Below, one piece after another: positions 15,293-26,899 of a stretch of DNA of 64,000 nt. The stretch is from Vicugna vicugna (Eukaryota). Numbering within the stretch: position 1 is the stretch's first letter; the number at the start of each line of letters is the position of its first letter. The translations under genes were made by a program, and so were the position numbers. The notes under the pieces are model-generated. The model was not told the origin of the DNA, did no database searches, and saw only the letters and a program-made list of their open reading frames with translations. The DNA lies in the NCBI GenBank assembly GCA_013265495.1, contig MU057487.1, forward strand, positions 1 to 64,000, in the 5' to 3' direction.

Positions 15293-15533
15293 AACCACAG
15301 GCAGGGGTTGGGGTGATGAGTCTGCAAACCAAGGAAAACCGGAGATTGCCAGCAAGTCACAGAAACTGGCTGGGAGGTGTGGAACAGATTCTCCCTCGGA
15401 GTCTCAGAAGAAACTAACCCTCAGATACATTGTCTTGGACTTTTGGCCTCTGGAACCGTAAAACAATGGATTTCTGTTGTTGAAGCTACTTAGTTTGTAG
15501 TGCATTTTTCAGAGGCCCCAACAAACCAATGCA
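15062..15533 (+). mobile_element. MLT1 (MaLR) LTR containing a (CA)n microsatellite
   Basis: tgttatagtttgaattg...ttgaagtcctgacctccagtacc...gaggtcatactggagtagggtgg...gaacagattctccctc, typical of MLT1; homologous to the 36450 copy. Confidence 0.75.
15259..15289. repeat. (CA)n microsatellite
   Basis: Directly visible run. Confidence 0.95.
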
Positions 15534-15819
15534 TGTGGTGCCCAGAACTCATACACGGTGGTTCATTGGGCACTTACGCCACCAGACCAGGAGAGAATCT
15601 GTCCTACTTGCCTTGGAATAAGTTCACAGCTCTCTGTGCCTCTAGCTTACTTATCTGTAGAGTAGGATGATGACAATATTTACCTCATAGGATTTGCTGG
15701 GAAGATTAAAAGCTCTGATTCGGGTGAAGCGCTTAGAGGAAAAGTACATGGACCACGTACGCTCTCCGAAGTCACTAGCTGTTCTTGGCCTTCGCTCGTT
15801 GAACCACCTGCCAGATTCC

Positions 15820-16680
15820 ACTACAGGCACTGTAAGTACATGACCAGACAAAGCAGATGTAAATGTTGGCCTTTATGATGCTTACATCTGCAGTGAGAGG
15901 ATGCAGACAATAAAACAGATAAGCAAATTATGCAACATACTGGCCAGTGGTAAGTTCCATGAAGAGAAGTGAAGCAGAGAATGAGGAGAGAGAGGAGGTT
16001 TGGGATTGGGGGTGGCAATTTTAATAGCGTGGTGCAGAGAGGCACCACTGGAGGAGGGACGGGAGTGAGCCAAGTGCACACCTGGAGAAAGGCCATTCCA
16101 GGCAGAGAGATGAGCAAGTGCAAGTGCCCTGAAGTCGGAGCCAGCATGGAACAAAGAGCACGGAGGCCAGCATGGCTAGAGCAGAGTGAGGTGCAAGCAG
16201 GAGGAGGGGAGATCAGAGACATAATGGGACCAGGTTGTGTAGGTCCCCGGATGGCTTTGGCTTTTATTCTGAGCGACTTGCTGAGTCACTGTAGATTTTG
16301 AGCATGGGAGTGACATGATTTGACGTACATTTTCATAGGATCACCCTGGCCACTGTTTGAGAATGGATTTGATAGTGGTAGGGGCAGAGGTAGGGGATGG
16401 GGAAAGGAAGGCGGGACACAGGGAGACCAGGTAGGAGGCTGTTTCTGACATCCAGTCTAGAGAGAATGTGGCTCTACCTAGAGCTGTTCAGTGGAGGAGG
16501 TAAAACACAGTCAGGCTGCAGATATTTTGACAGGAGAGGTGACAGGTCTTCCTGATGGATTGATTGTGGTGTCTGAAAGAAAGGATGGCGTTAAGAATGA
16601 CTCTGAGGTGTGAACCTGAGAAATTGGAAGCACGTTTCCATTAACCGAATTGGGAAAGACTTTTGGACTAATGGTTTGTG
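15820..16680 (-). mobile_element. L2 LINE fragment
   Basis: ggccattccaggcagagagatgagcaagtgcaag...gctttggcttttattctgag...ttttgagcatgggagtgacatgatttgac...aggatcaccctggc. Confidence 0.65.
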
Positions 16681-17985
16681 GAAGGAAAGAACAGAGTTGT
16701 TACGGCTGTTCTTCCTCTTCCATTATTACTACCGCCGGTATTATTGTGGTCACAAGAGGTAGCTTCATCAGTCCTTCCCTCTTGATTCTTAATCCCGTCT
16801 CCTATCAGACTTTCTCTTTTTCCCAGCAGGTAAGAAGCCACGGCGCATCCCACGCTCCTGTTTGGTCCTCACATTACATCTAGCTGGTCCTCTTTCCTAC
16901 CATAATCTAGTCCCAGAGAGAAGCAAATGGATACTTAGCGCAGCACCCTCTCCTGAGAACACTACCTTGACTCCACTCCTCTGTTTCTACATTCACACCA
17001 TCCTTCTCAGTACCCCCGTAGAAAGGAAACACCTGCTTCTTCTTCTTTTGGAAATTTCGCTGGGCTTCGCTTTTTCTCATTTTAGCCATTTTTCTTCCAC
17101 TTACTTCAGTTTCCATTAATCCTCCCACCTATTCTTTCCCGCTAACAACACTGTCTGCTCTCGCTCCCAGGAACTCTCCTACGACTCAACACCGCAGTAA
17201 ATCTCCTGACCTGTCTTCCCAGCTCATTTCTTTCCGCCGGTCCTCAATTAATACTCTTTGCTGCAGGAAGAGTCATTTGAGGGCTCCGAGTCTAGTTTAC
17301 TCTTCTGTAAAATGAAGGAATTAAACTAGATTATCTCCAAAGATACTTTCAATTTTGACTTTTGATCAAACGGACTTTATGTTTAGCTATTCAGTGTTTC
17401 TTTCATGTGTGGCAAGTTCTCAGTTCCTGGCTAGCTTGTTCTCAAATCTTTCCATTCATTACTTCCTTGTAGTTTTCAAAGTCCTAACTACATTTTTTCA
17501 TCATTATTTCTTAGGCCAAGCCAAGCAGTTTTCACTCAAACCTTAATAGTGATCAAAAGAGTGTATTTCTTTTTTTAGATTTTTCCTCACACTGGCACAC
17601 AAAAATTTTGAAGAACAATGTTTCAAGTCTAAAAGAAAGTAACCTTGTTTGGACGTTTCTTTTCCATGAGTGAGATCTTATGATTTTCTTTGAGAAATCT
17701 GTGACAAAAGTTTTGTTAACACCAGTGACAAGCAGCTAATGACACAATATCTGCTTCGATTTTCTCTGACACACCCTTGAGCTTCTTTGTGGTCCCCTCA
17801 GTTTTGACTTCCTTTTGTCCTGTAACTGCCAATTTCCATCAGCTAATGAGAAAGTAAGAGTGATAAGGAAAAACAATTTAGCTCAGATGACTGCCTCTTT
17901 TACAAATAAGGAAATACGGTTTGTTCTTCTGGGTTTCAAACTAAATAAATAACATTAAAAAAAAAGTCTGTACACAGAGGTCATT

Positions 17986-18000
17986 TTTAATACTTTTACT
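17986..18000 (-). terminator. Candidate polyadenylation signals AGTAAA (18000-17995) and ATTAAA (17991-17986)
   Basis: Minus strand reads ctaAGTAAAagtATTAAAaatgacctctgtgtacagac followed by a T run and ttatttattt, which is a hexamer plus a GU/U-rich downstream element. Confidence 0.6.
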
Positions 18001-18185
18001 TAGCAAAAATTCCAGGGATTTTGAAATAAATTGGACATCCCATTCACTGAGGACAAGAGGTTGTTCCAAAACATTCTTTAATAGCCCTAAACTGATTTTG
18101 CCTATCAAAGCAAAAAAGGAAAAAATCCACCCAAAAAAGGCTTTCTATAATGGAAATTATGTATTCTTAGACATTAAAGAAATTT

Positions 18186-18222
18186 TCTCTCTCTCTCTGT
18201 CACACACACACACACACACACA
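18186..18222. repeat. Compound (TC)n(CA)n microsatellite in the EPM2A 3' UTR
   Basis: Directly visible run. Confidence 0.9.
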
Positions 18223-18604
18223 GAGTTATATAATTAGTTAGAAATATTCCATTTTTATGATTAAATTTTACATGACACATTATGACTGTTAATGGGTTAC
18301 TTGGATACAACAGTTATTTCTAGTTATTTTTAGCAAGAGAGCTGGACTTCACATTATTTAATCCTGGCTTATAAATTTAGCTTTGTAAAATTGTAGGATA
18401 CATGTGCCCCGTCCAACCCTCTCAGTCCAAATTAAACATCCATCTCCCCTGAGTCCCACAGTTACACGATGCCTCCCCCTCCTCTGAACTCCCCTGGACT
18501 CACCTTGCACCCTTCTTACCCCCACAATTCCTGAATCAGAGTCTCTCACAGCTATCAGTGAATATTTATGGAAGATAAGAAGGGGCAGAAAAATAAACAA
18601 GCGC

Positions 18605-18845
18605 TGTAGCTTAATAGAAAAAGTATGGGCTTCGTGTCAGACAGACCTAGCTCTGTATCTCATCTCATCTGTTTCCTCACCGTGTAATACTGGACAGCTG
18701 ATTTAACCTCTCTGAGACTTCCTTCGTTTCCTCTTCTATATAGTGGCGATAATAAAACCTACCTTCACAGGGTACCGTGAAGATTAAATTAAATAAGATC
18801 GTAAAGCTCCCAGCACGTAAGAGGCACCCAGTAAAAGTTACTCCC
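18605..18845 (+). mobile_element. MIR SINE within the EPM2A 3' UTR
   Basis: gtcagacagacctagctctg...tttaacctctctgagact...gtttcctcttctata...aataaaacctaccttcacaggg...gtgaagattaaa. Similar MIRs lie at about 5150-5320, 26085-26295 and 43185-43410. Confidence 0.65.
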
Positions 18846-20067
18846 CTTCCCCATTCTAGCCCGTCGTTACGAGGTCAGTACTGCAGTGCACCTGACGGAA
18901 CACAGCGCTGTTTCTAGGCTCTGAGCTTTTGGGAGGCAGAGTCTTACTAAACTTTGCGTTTCCTATGGAACTTAGGGTAGCAAATCGCATAGTCTGGAAG
19001 CACAACGACTGTATTTTATTTTTCTGCTCCTTCTTTTCTTTAAAGTAACTCTTAAGTCATGGAACAATTATCTGTGGATTTTGGCCCTTTGGGCCCTTTG
19101 GGGAATACAGCTCCTCTTGTGAGCTATGTATGGCTCAGGCCGCCCTGGCCTTGAGACGGCCTACTCTGGTTTAATTTAGGATAACTACTTTCCTGAATTC
19201 TATGGCAACTGATCGGAACACTGTTCCATTTCTCACCGCAGAAACTACTGCAGAAAAATCGACCTTATTCTGAGAGAAACTGAACTCACTTCAGTATGCT
19301 GGCAAAGCCACTAGCTGTATTGAAAATGCACTGAGTCAAATAAACCTCGGTTATAAACTCCAGCTCATCCCTGACCAGCCCTGAGGCCTTGGGCAAGCTC
19401 TCTGTGCTCACTGAGCCTAAAACAAACAGATAATAAATCTACATGGTTGTGGGAAGAGAAGGAAGGTGAAGACTTGGAACACACTTGGAACAGCTAAAGC
19501 ACGATGCAAAAGAAAAAGTCTAGAAAGTCATCGCCTTTGGCCGTATTGGGCTCTTACCCACCTGATTCCCTTCTTTGGCCAACTAACTGATTCTTATTTT
19601 ATGATTTCAGTTCAGTACAGCAGAAAGGCTGTGTGTGTGTGTGCGCGCGTGCGTGTGCCCACACGCGGGCTGGTGCACACGCACACACAGTGATGACATC
19701 TACGTAACACCTCATCCCCGCACCGCGTCTCAATGCAACACGCAAGGGCGGCCGTGAATTTACAGAAAAGCAGCAACCATGCAGCAAGGGCCCGGCCGCC
19801 TGCTCGCAGTGGAACTGCACCCCTTCCCTTCTGTCTAATGCTAGAAAAACTGTATAGCCCACCTGCTTGCGGATTTTTCTGTGTGTCAGTCACAGCTTTC
19901 TTTGTGAAATATTTCAGAGAAGATACAGCTCAATCAAAGCGTAACAGAAAGCCAGCCCAGACTAGAGAAGGTGGGTCAGGAGGAATAATCTCGGTCTCTG
20001 GGTCATTTACTGTCATCACCCCAGGCATCCTAAGGAAACCTGGAGGGAGGGGGTCCAGACCCATCAC

Positions 20068-20345
20068 CTACACACCGCGTATGGAAGGACGAACCTTCCC
20101 AAATTTCTGATAAAAATCTTCCTCTGCCCGGACCAAGGCTTCTTCATCAATGTACACAGCCGGCCGCTTGGCCACGAGGAAGTACTGCACCTTCCTGGGC
20201 CTCCAGCCCAGCACGTACTGCAGCCAGCCGCACACGGCGGCCGTGGAGCGGCCCACGCCGGCGTTGCAGTGCACGTACACGGTGTGTCCGTTCTCGAGCA
20301 GCGCGTGGAGGAGACAGACCGCCTGCGGCAGCATCTGGACGCGGC
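20068..20345 (-). CDS. EPM2A: Laforin terminal coding exon (exon 4) with the PTP-loop catalytic motif
   Basis: Translates to (G)[91 protein letters not shown]. Acceptor ctctctcaatcccAG at 20347-20346; TAG stop at 20070-20068; CX5R motif HCNAGVGRS at 20271-20245 with the Cys codon at 20268-20266. Length is 278 nt. Confidence 0.98.
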
Positions 20346-23300
20346 CTGGGATTGAGAGAGCACAGCACAGACAAGTGAGAAATGGAACCCCCACTCCGCC
20401 ACTGACTCACAGCTACTCCTCCAGCGCAGCTGACCTCGCAGTGTCAGGGCAGGAGACGCAGGGAGGTCCGAGCGTGCGTCACTCCTTTAAAGGAAAAGGT
20501 GAGACAGGGTCAACACCTGCTAGGAATGAAGTGGAACGAACGTCCAGAGGCAGTAGGTCAGCTCTGAACTGTCCCTTGGTTTTGCTGCTCCTCTCACTTC
20601 TGCATCCGTGCAAATTTCCGGTCAAAGGTAAGTTCACCACCGCCTATGATCAGAATGGATTTTTACATCTATCAGAACGGTTTGTACAGATCGCACAGAG
20701 GTTTAAAGGATTTCAAAGATAAGCTCCTTTAATCCAGAAGGATCTTCCAGGTAAAGGCAAAATAGAATTCGTCCATGTTGGTTAAAGGAGTCAGTCCTAT
20801 GCGTTCAACATATGCTAATTTTCATTTGTCCATGGACCGGCTAAGGTATTCACTGAAATGTGTCGCGTAGCCAATCATTCATTCACTCCCTCGTGATACA
20901 GTGTGTATTAAAACTGATTCAACTTCTTCTTTAACTGGGCAATTATGACTACAGTTCTTGCTGCTGTGTGCTACTATTTTGATGATTAGATGATCCAAAT
21001 GTCTTCTGCTTGTCACACTAAGACAGGATATGCAATGCTCTGCTGAGGCCCGTTGGACTCAGCCCTCTCTGTCATCCCAGGGACAGAGAGCCCCCTAAAA
21101 TCAGCAAACGCCTGGGTGCCTGGAGTTTCTTCTACTCACAGATTCTCAGAGCAAAATTAATTTAGTGGATTTTGGGGATGGTCAGTGTAAATTACTTCAA
21201 GAAGCGATGAAAGAGGGAAACCACAGTTCTGGATGAAAACTGCGTGCTCTGACTTCACATTCTCCAGCTGCTCTCTGTCCTCAACCACACAGAGACACCA
21301 CAGCCCCGGGGGGATCCTCCAAGGGCCACAGAGAAGTGCCCTGTCCAGCCTTCACATTGCCCACCCAGAGGATTACTTCAGAGGCAGGAAAAGCCCCTCC
21401 CTCAAACAATTTCAAGCCAGATGTTCCCCGAGGGCTAGAATTCCCCCAAGAGAGCCACTCAAGTTTAGACTTTTCTCTTAAGATGTCTTTTTTTAAATGC
21501 AAATACCCTGAAGAGACCAACACAACACTCTGCAATCAGGCATCAACACCTTAGAAGGAGAGACATTACCAAAACCCCTCTGTAGCCGGAAGGCCCTCCC
21601 AGGGACCACTATGTGAGGGGGGGGTGTCCACCTTAGCTTCAGGCTCACCCCACTCCGCGATCAAAGCAGGAAATCTGTGTGGAAGCCAGATAATGTTCTA
21701 ATGTTTCTGCTGGTGCTCTGTTAATCCCTCTGACTAAGGGATCTAAAGGCCCCATACGCAATTTAGAAATGTTTTTAATAGGAATGCTTTAGGCAGAGCA
21801 CACTTTGCAGTTCCTAAAGCTCCATCTCTCCCCAGGGTCTGCTGCCACACTTTCCTCTTCCCTGCCTGTTCCTTGGGGGCATCTGAATTGGAGACACATC
21901 AGCTCCTATGCCTTGCTTGATTTCTCAGAGTCCAGACTGATCTGTACTTCTGTGCTTGGTTGCAGGGTGCTCTGAGGTTAGTGCTAGGTGGGCCTGCCAT
22001 ACAGTCAGTTACTCATGGCATCTCCAAGGGGCAGTAAAGCATCACTGGAGATGTAACGAGGTGTGGACATCGCATGTTCTGGAGCGGTGTCTCCCTGTAT
22101 TTCCCAGGGAGAGAGTACTGTGTATGTCACCCACTCTCTGAGCTGGGGGATCAGAGGAGGCAACACCTCCCAGTCTGTTTGAGCGACACTGCTGATAAGG
22201 GTGAGTCCTGTTCGAGTGTGAGCACTTGTTCCACACAGGGGGTGTTGGAGGTTGACTTTAAGTAACACTGGCTGGGAAGGGAGCGCCCAGTGATGGATCC
22301 AGGAAGCTTGGGTTCTTTCTGCTCCTGCCACAACTGGGATCACCTTTCCAGTTCCTGTTACATCTGCCTCTCCAGCTACCAAGTGCATTGCCAGGAAGTA
22401 AACAGAAATATCTTTAATGTGGGTTTTTATCACGTTTCCAATATCTGAATATCCCATGGTGGCCATCTGCTGGGGGAGCTGCTGGAATCAGAGTCCCAGC
22501 CCCTGGTGCTCAGCATCGGCATGGCCAGCCCACCCAAGCCAGGTCTGCAGGGAGCCATCAGGGTCCCTTCCCCTGACATCCTCTCTGGCCAGAGGTTCCC
22601 CCAAAGAAGGGTCTGCACCTAGGGGCCCAAATGACCTAGTATGTCCCCCTTTCTTTTTTATCTGCAAAAGATTCTTCAAGAGGCATGTATATGGCTTAGA
22701 AGCTGAAAAGGGGCGTGTTAGTTTAAGGTTCAATACACTCAGACACATAATCCTGGAAGGTAAATGTCAACTTCCACGTGGAAACGCCGAAGGCTCCCAG
22801 TTTAAACATGAGTTTCCCCCACCGGCGGTCTTCTACTAGAACCACTCAGCCATTCCACTTAAGAACTGTCAGACAACTATTTACATAATGTAAAAATGAA
22901 TCAATAAATAAAAAGGGGCACCAGAGAAGCAGCTGATCTAGGATGCTAGGAGTCTCAGCCTGGCCTCAGCCAGAGCCCTCCTTTATTTTGACCTCCAGGG
23001 ACTGCAGATCACCCTGCTGTGACTGATGACAGCTAACATTACTGAGCCCTTTCTACCTGCCAGGCGCTGCTCTAAGCACTGGGCTTGCAAAAGCTCCTTC
23101 ACAGGCACTATGAGGTTTCAACAACTATGAGGTTGGTACTATTCTTATCCTCATTATATCTGAGGAAACGGAGGCATGGAGATTTACCCAGGGTTATTCC
23201 CCAGCGGCCACTCAAACCCAGCCATCCAGGTTCTAAAGCCTCTGGTCTCAACTTCTGTGCCACTGTCCTTCTCTAACCTACCAGGTCAGCGGTACCTGCA

Positions 23301-24133
23301 GGTCATCATGCTGTCAATCTGAGTTCTCACTTGGCTGGTCCTGCTGCAGCTCCCACCCCTGTGTGACACCCTCCCTGGGGCTCAGCACCTCTGTCCCCAC
23401 CCCAGAGGGACCATCTGTGCCCAACAGGCTCACACCCTTCCACTTGCCGACCCATTCTAGGGAGCCTGAGCTAACGCTCAAGCCGCCAAGGCATCACAGC
23501 GGGGTCCCCAGGTGCAGGGCTCACTCACCCAATCAAGCCAGTGTCAACCAGAGCCCCTAATTTTTATGTTTCATACATTTAGGCTCCATATAGAGTTTAA
23601 TTTGATTCTAGAAAGCTTCCCTTTTTAAGAACAAGAATACCTCAAGGCAAGAAAGAACTGCTGATTTTTTTTTTAAATATTCCAAATTTTAAATGTTGGC
23701 AACTAAGTTGAAAATTTTAAACCCTGTGCAGGTCCGACAAAACACTCCACCATCTGTGATTCTTACTTTGGAATTTAAAACAGGCCTTGACTTTCTATAG
23801 ATGCTCAATAAACATTCGTTAAGTACATGAATTAAAACAAAGTAAAACAAAACCACTAACACCGATTTGATATGAGACACCATGAGACGACTCTAATCCA
23901 ACGTTTGGTCCACATTTCCTCCAGGTGAATCCAGCTCTGGAAGGATGAAAAGCTACCTGACGACATGTAATGAGCAAGCAAGCAAAGGTGGTGAGAAGGG
24001 GACAGGGGCAGGGTGGGGCAGCCTGAGGCACTGGGTCCTGAATAAGTGGGAGTGGGGAGCCCTAAGGATGTCTGAGGCTGACCTAAGGCTGACCCTGAAA
24101 GAAATCATTCCCGGCACAACTTTCAGCCTTTCC

Positions 24134-24134
<1 letters not shown>

Positions 24135-24174
<40 letters not shown>
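24135..24174. repeat. (AC)n microsatellite in intron 3
   Basis: Directly visible run. Confidence 0.95.
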
Positions 24175-24176
<2 letters not shown>

Positions 24177-26899
24177 CTTTCCTTTCTAAATCCAGAAGCA
24201 GATTTATGGCTGAATATATTACTATTGCATATGAACTTGTCTTCTTTTCCTTGATGTAGATAAGGTCCATGTTATCTGTAACATCCTTTGGTAGAAACTG
24301 AAAGACTTGTGACTAAACATATGGACATATCTTGGGGATTTTGCAAGCACTTTCCTATCAGTTATCTTTTTCTGGTGTTATAATCCTGTAAGGCACAGAT
24401 TACTATTCCCTATTTTCCAAGTACAGGGACCAGCCTGCCCATATCACACAGCTGCTCAAGGACGAGGCGGCTCCAGCCCAGGTGTTGTGGCTCCAAGGCC
24501 GTGTCTCTGCCCCGTGGCAATGCTGAATTCAGTGCACTGAGTCAGAGAAAGGACTCAGCCTGTGACAACAGAGGGGTGGCCAAGGACTCCGGGCAGCACA
24601 TTAACCCATTTGGGAGGCAAGGGTAGACCATCTGTTACCAACCGCACTGCGCTGACACAGGTCAAAACCCAGTCTGAAAACTGACTTTCAGTGAGCGGAT
24701 TTAATGTTTTCAGGTGAGTGCTAGGTTTGGGAGCTTTTTGTTTCTCAGGTAAAAGAGACACAAACCAAAATTAAAAAAAAAAAAAGAAGAAGAAAAAGGA
24801 AAAGAAACCTAACTAACCCCAACCCCTCTGCATATGACACAAAGTACAAGAGTAAGAATCAATGGCACAATTGATTGCAACAGGTCTGTGACAACCAGTG
24901 GTGACAGCCAGCCCTAACAAAGTGTCTTCCTTCTCTGACTTTATCTGACAGCGTTATGCTGCAGCTCAAAACACTTCCAGATGGATTTTTCCCTAGAGTT
25001 CCAAAAACATTCAGCTGGATTAATCGGTGTGTTCATTGTGCTAATATTGTGAGCCACATAGATTGATCTGCTGGTCAGAAATTCCTGGGCGACTCAGGAA
25101 TGGTTGTTAACCCTTTGACTACTTCCGCAGGTTATGCTGAAACAAAGACACCCTTTATTTAGTCTTGGGGTTTGGCCTTTTTCAAGTAGGAGCTTTCATT
25201 TTGCTGCCATTCCATGTTTCCAGACTGCTTCCATGTGCGAGGTGCTCCATTGTGTGAATGGGACCTGGTGACTCTGTGATCCCCTCAAAAGGGTTTGATA
25301 CAATTACAGTGGGTCTTTGGGGATAGAATCTTCCCTCAGGCTTCTGCATATTCCCAAACCATCAAGCAAATTACCTATTAGTCAGCAGGGTTTGGGGGCA
25401 ATCAGTGCACGGGGTGGAACATGCCATAGTTATCTCAGCTTCTCTGAGCCTCATCTCACGTTAATTCTCCAGTGGGATAACGATGCTATAAAATCAGAGT
25501 CGAAGAAGTAAACATCAAAACACTCCCTGAAAGCTACAGGCACACTGTCCTAACAATCTTATCTGTTATTAAGCGAGAGAAACTGGACAGGACAAATATG
25601 ACCTCGATTCAATCAGTGTTCGTCTGTGCAAATAAGGTTTTTAGTTTTTTCTTCCTTGGAAAAAGAGCTCTTGCTGCTAAATCAAGCTCCTTTGGATGGG
25701 CATTAATCACCAAGGGGAGTAACCAAACTACCTCCTGTTCAGGCCAAAACCTATACCTCATTCCCGGTGAGAGTTCAGTTCAGACACAGACCCACGAAGG
25801 GGTCCAGCCCTGCCAGGAGAACCACCTGAGAGTCACAGAGAGCCCAGGTCCCAAGGTCCAGTGACCGAGGCAGCCTGTGACTCTCAGCTCGTGACTCTCA
25901 GTCTCCTGCCCCACTCACATCTTGGACTGTTGACTCTGGGGGGACAAGCTACCTCCTGAGCAGCTCAGGACTTTGTCTAACTCCAGCTAATGATGAACAG
26001 GAAGGACTGAAAGTGTGGTTGGTGATCTGCAGAAGCTCCTTGAAGAGTCCGTGCAGAGAGCATGTAGAGAACAGCTTCCTCCCCTGGTGCCTGGAGCCAG
26101 GTTCTGAGCCGGACTGCCTGCGCGGAAACCCAGCCTGCATCTCCGCTCTCGGACCTCGGCCAGGTGACTTAACTTTTCTGTGCCTCCTTCTCCTCCTCTG
26201 CGAATTGGAGAGAACTACCTCATCTGCCTGGGCTCTTGTCGTGAGAACTAAGCGAGTTAATGCATTGAATTGCTGAGAAGAGTGTTTGATACATAATGTA
26301 CTGTGGAGGGAAGAGGGCTGATGATACAGGCATTTCCTCCTCGCTAAGAATCACGGCCTTCTTTCTCCTCCCCAGAAGAGCAGTTCACAAACTCCCGCAG
26401 CCCGTGCCGGTCCACAGCTCTCTGCTGCCCCCTGCTGACACCTGGTTGATATTAGTAGTGTAACTTGTTCTCGGCTTAATCGAATTATCTCCGGCCCTTT
26501 TCTACAAGAACCCAATTCTACAACCAGCCTGAAATACAGGCCATTCCTCTGAAGCACCAGGCCTCTGTGCCTTGGTCTACGTTTTCTTCCACCGGGCATG
26601 CCCCTCCTCCCTCCACCTTGACCTGTCACGCCCACCTCAAATACCGGGACATTCCCGTAGCCACACTGTGCTCCCCCACAGAAAGTGCTCCTCCCACACC
26701 ATAACCCACCCTCCCCGCGCACGACTCGTTCCTCTCCTCACACTCTTCTTTGTACTCTAATTAGTTTTGAACCTATCTTAGTGCCTCTTACCATTAGATC
26801 AAAATCATGCCTTACTTGTCCCTGATTCCCTGGCAGCACCCATGTCACACCCTGATCCTCTCTCCACAATGACAGGTTTTGTGCAGCCACCCTGTAGCC

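Larger units (their letters stand above)
17970..20067 (-). other. EPM2A: EPM2A 3' UTR (3' end approximate)
   Basis: Follows the stop codon and ends at a poly(A) signal cluster with a U/GU-rich downstream element. The distal part resembles the human EPM2A mRNA end as I recall it. Confidence 0.65.

Noticed and set aside
15821..16301. Overlapping 90-133 aa ORFs
   Set aside because: They lie within a decayed L2 element and carry no coherent RT or endonuclease motifs.
19015..19020. AATAAA on the minus strand as the main EPM2A poly(A) signal
   Set aside because: It could be a minor proximal site, but the distal cluster at 17986-18000 has a better downstream element and fits the recalled mRNA end; not supportable without 3'-end data.
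20150..20722. 190-aa plus-strand ORF antisense to exon 4, and the alternative-frame ORFs at 20064-20402, 20147-20410 and 19733-20110
   Set aside because: Explained by stop-codon scarcity in GC-rich coding DNA; no recognisable protein similarity.
22005..22839. 153-aa and 140-aa ORFs in intron 3
   Set aside because: No recognisable domain, no splice or retrocopy hallmarks, and lengths compatible with chance in GC-richer DNA; a BLASTP/tBLASTn hit would change this.
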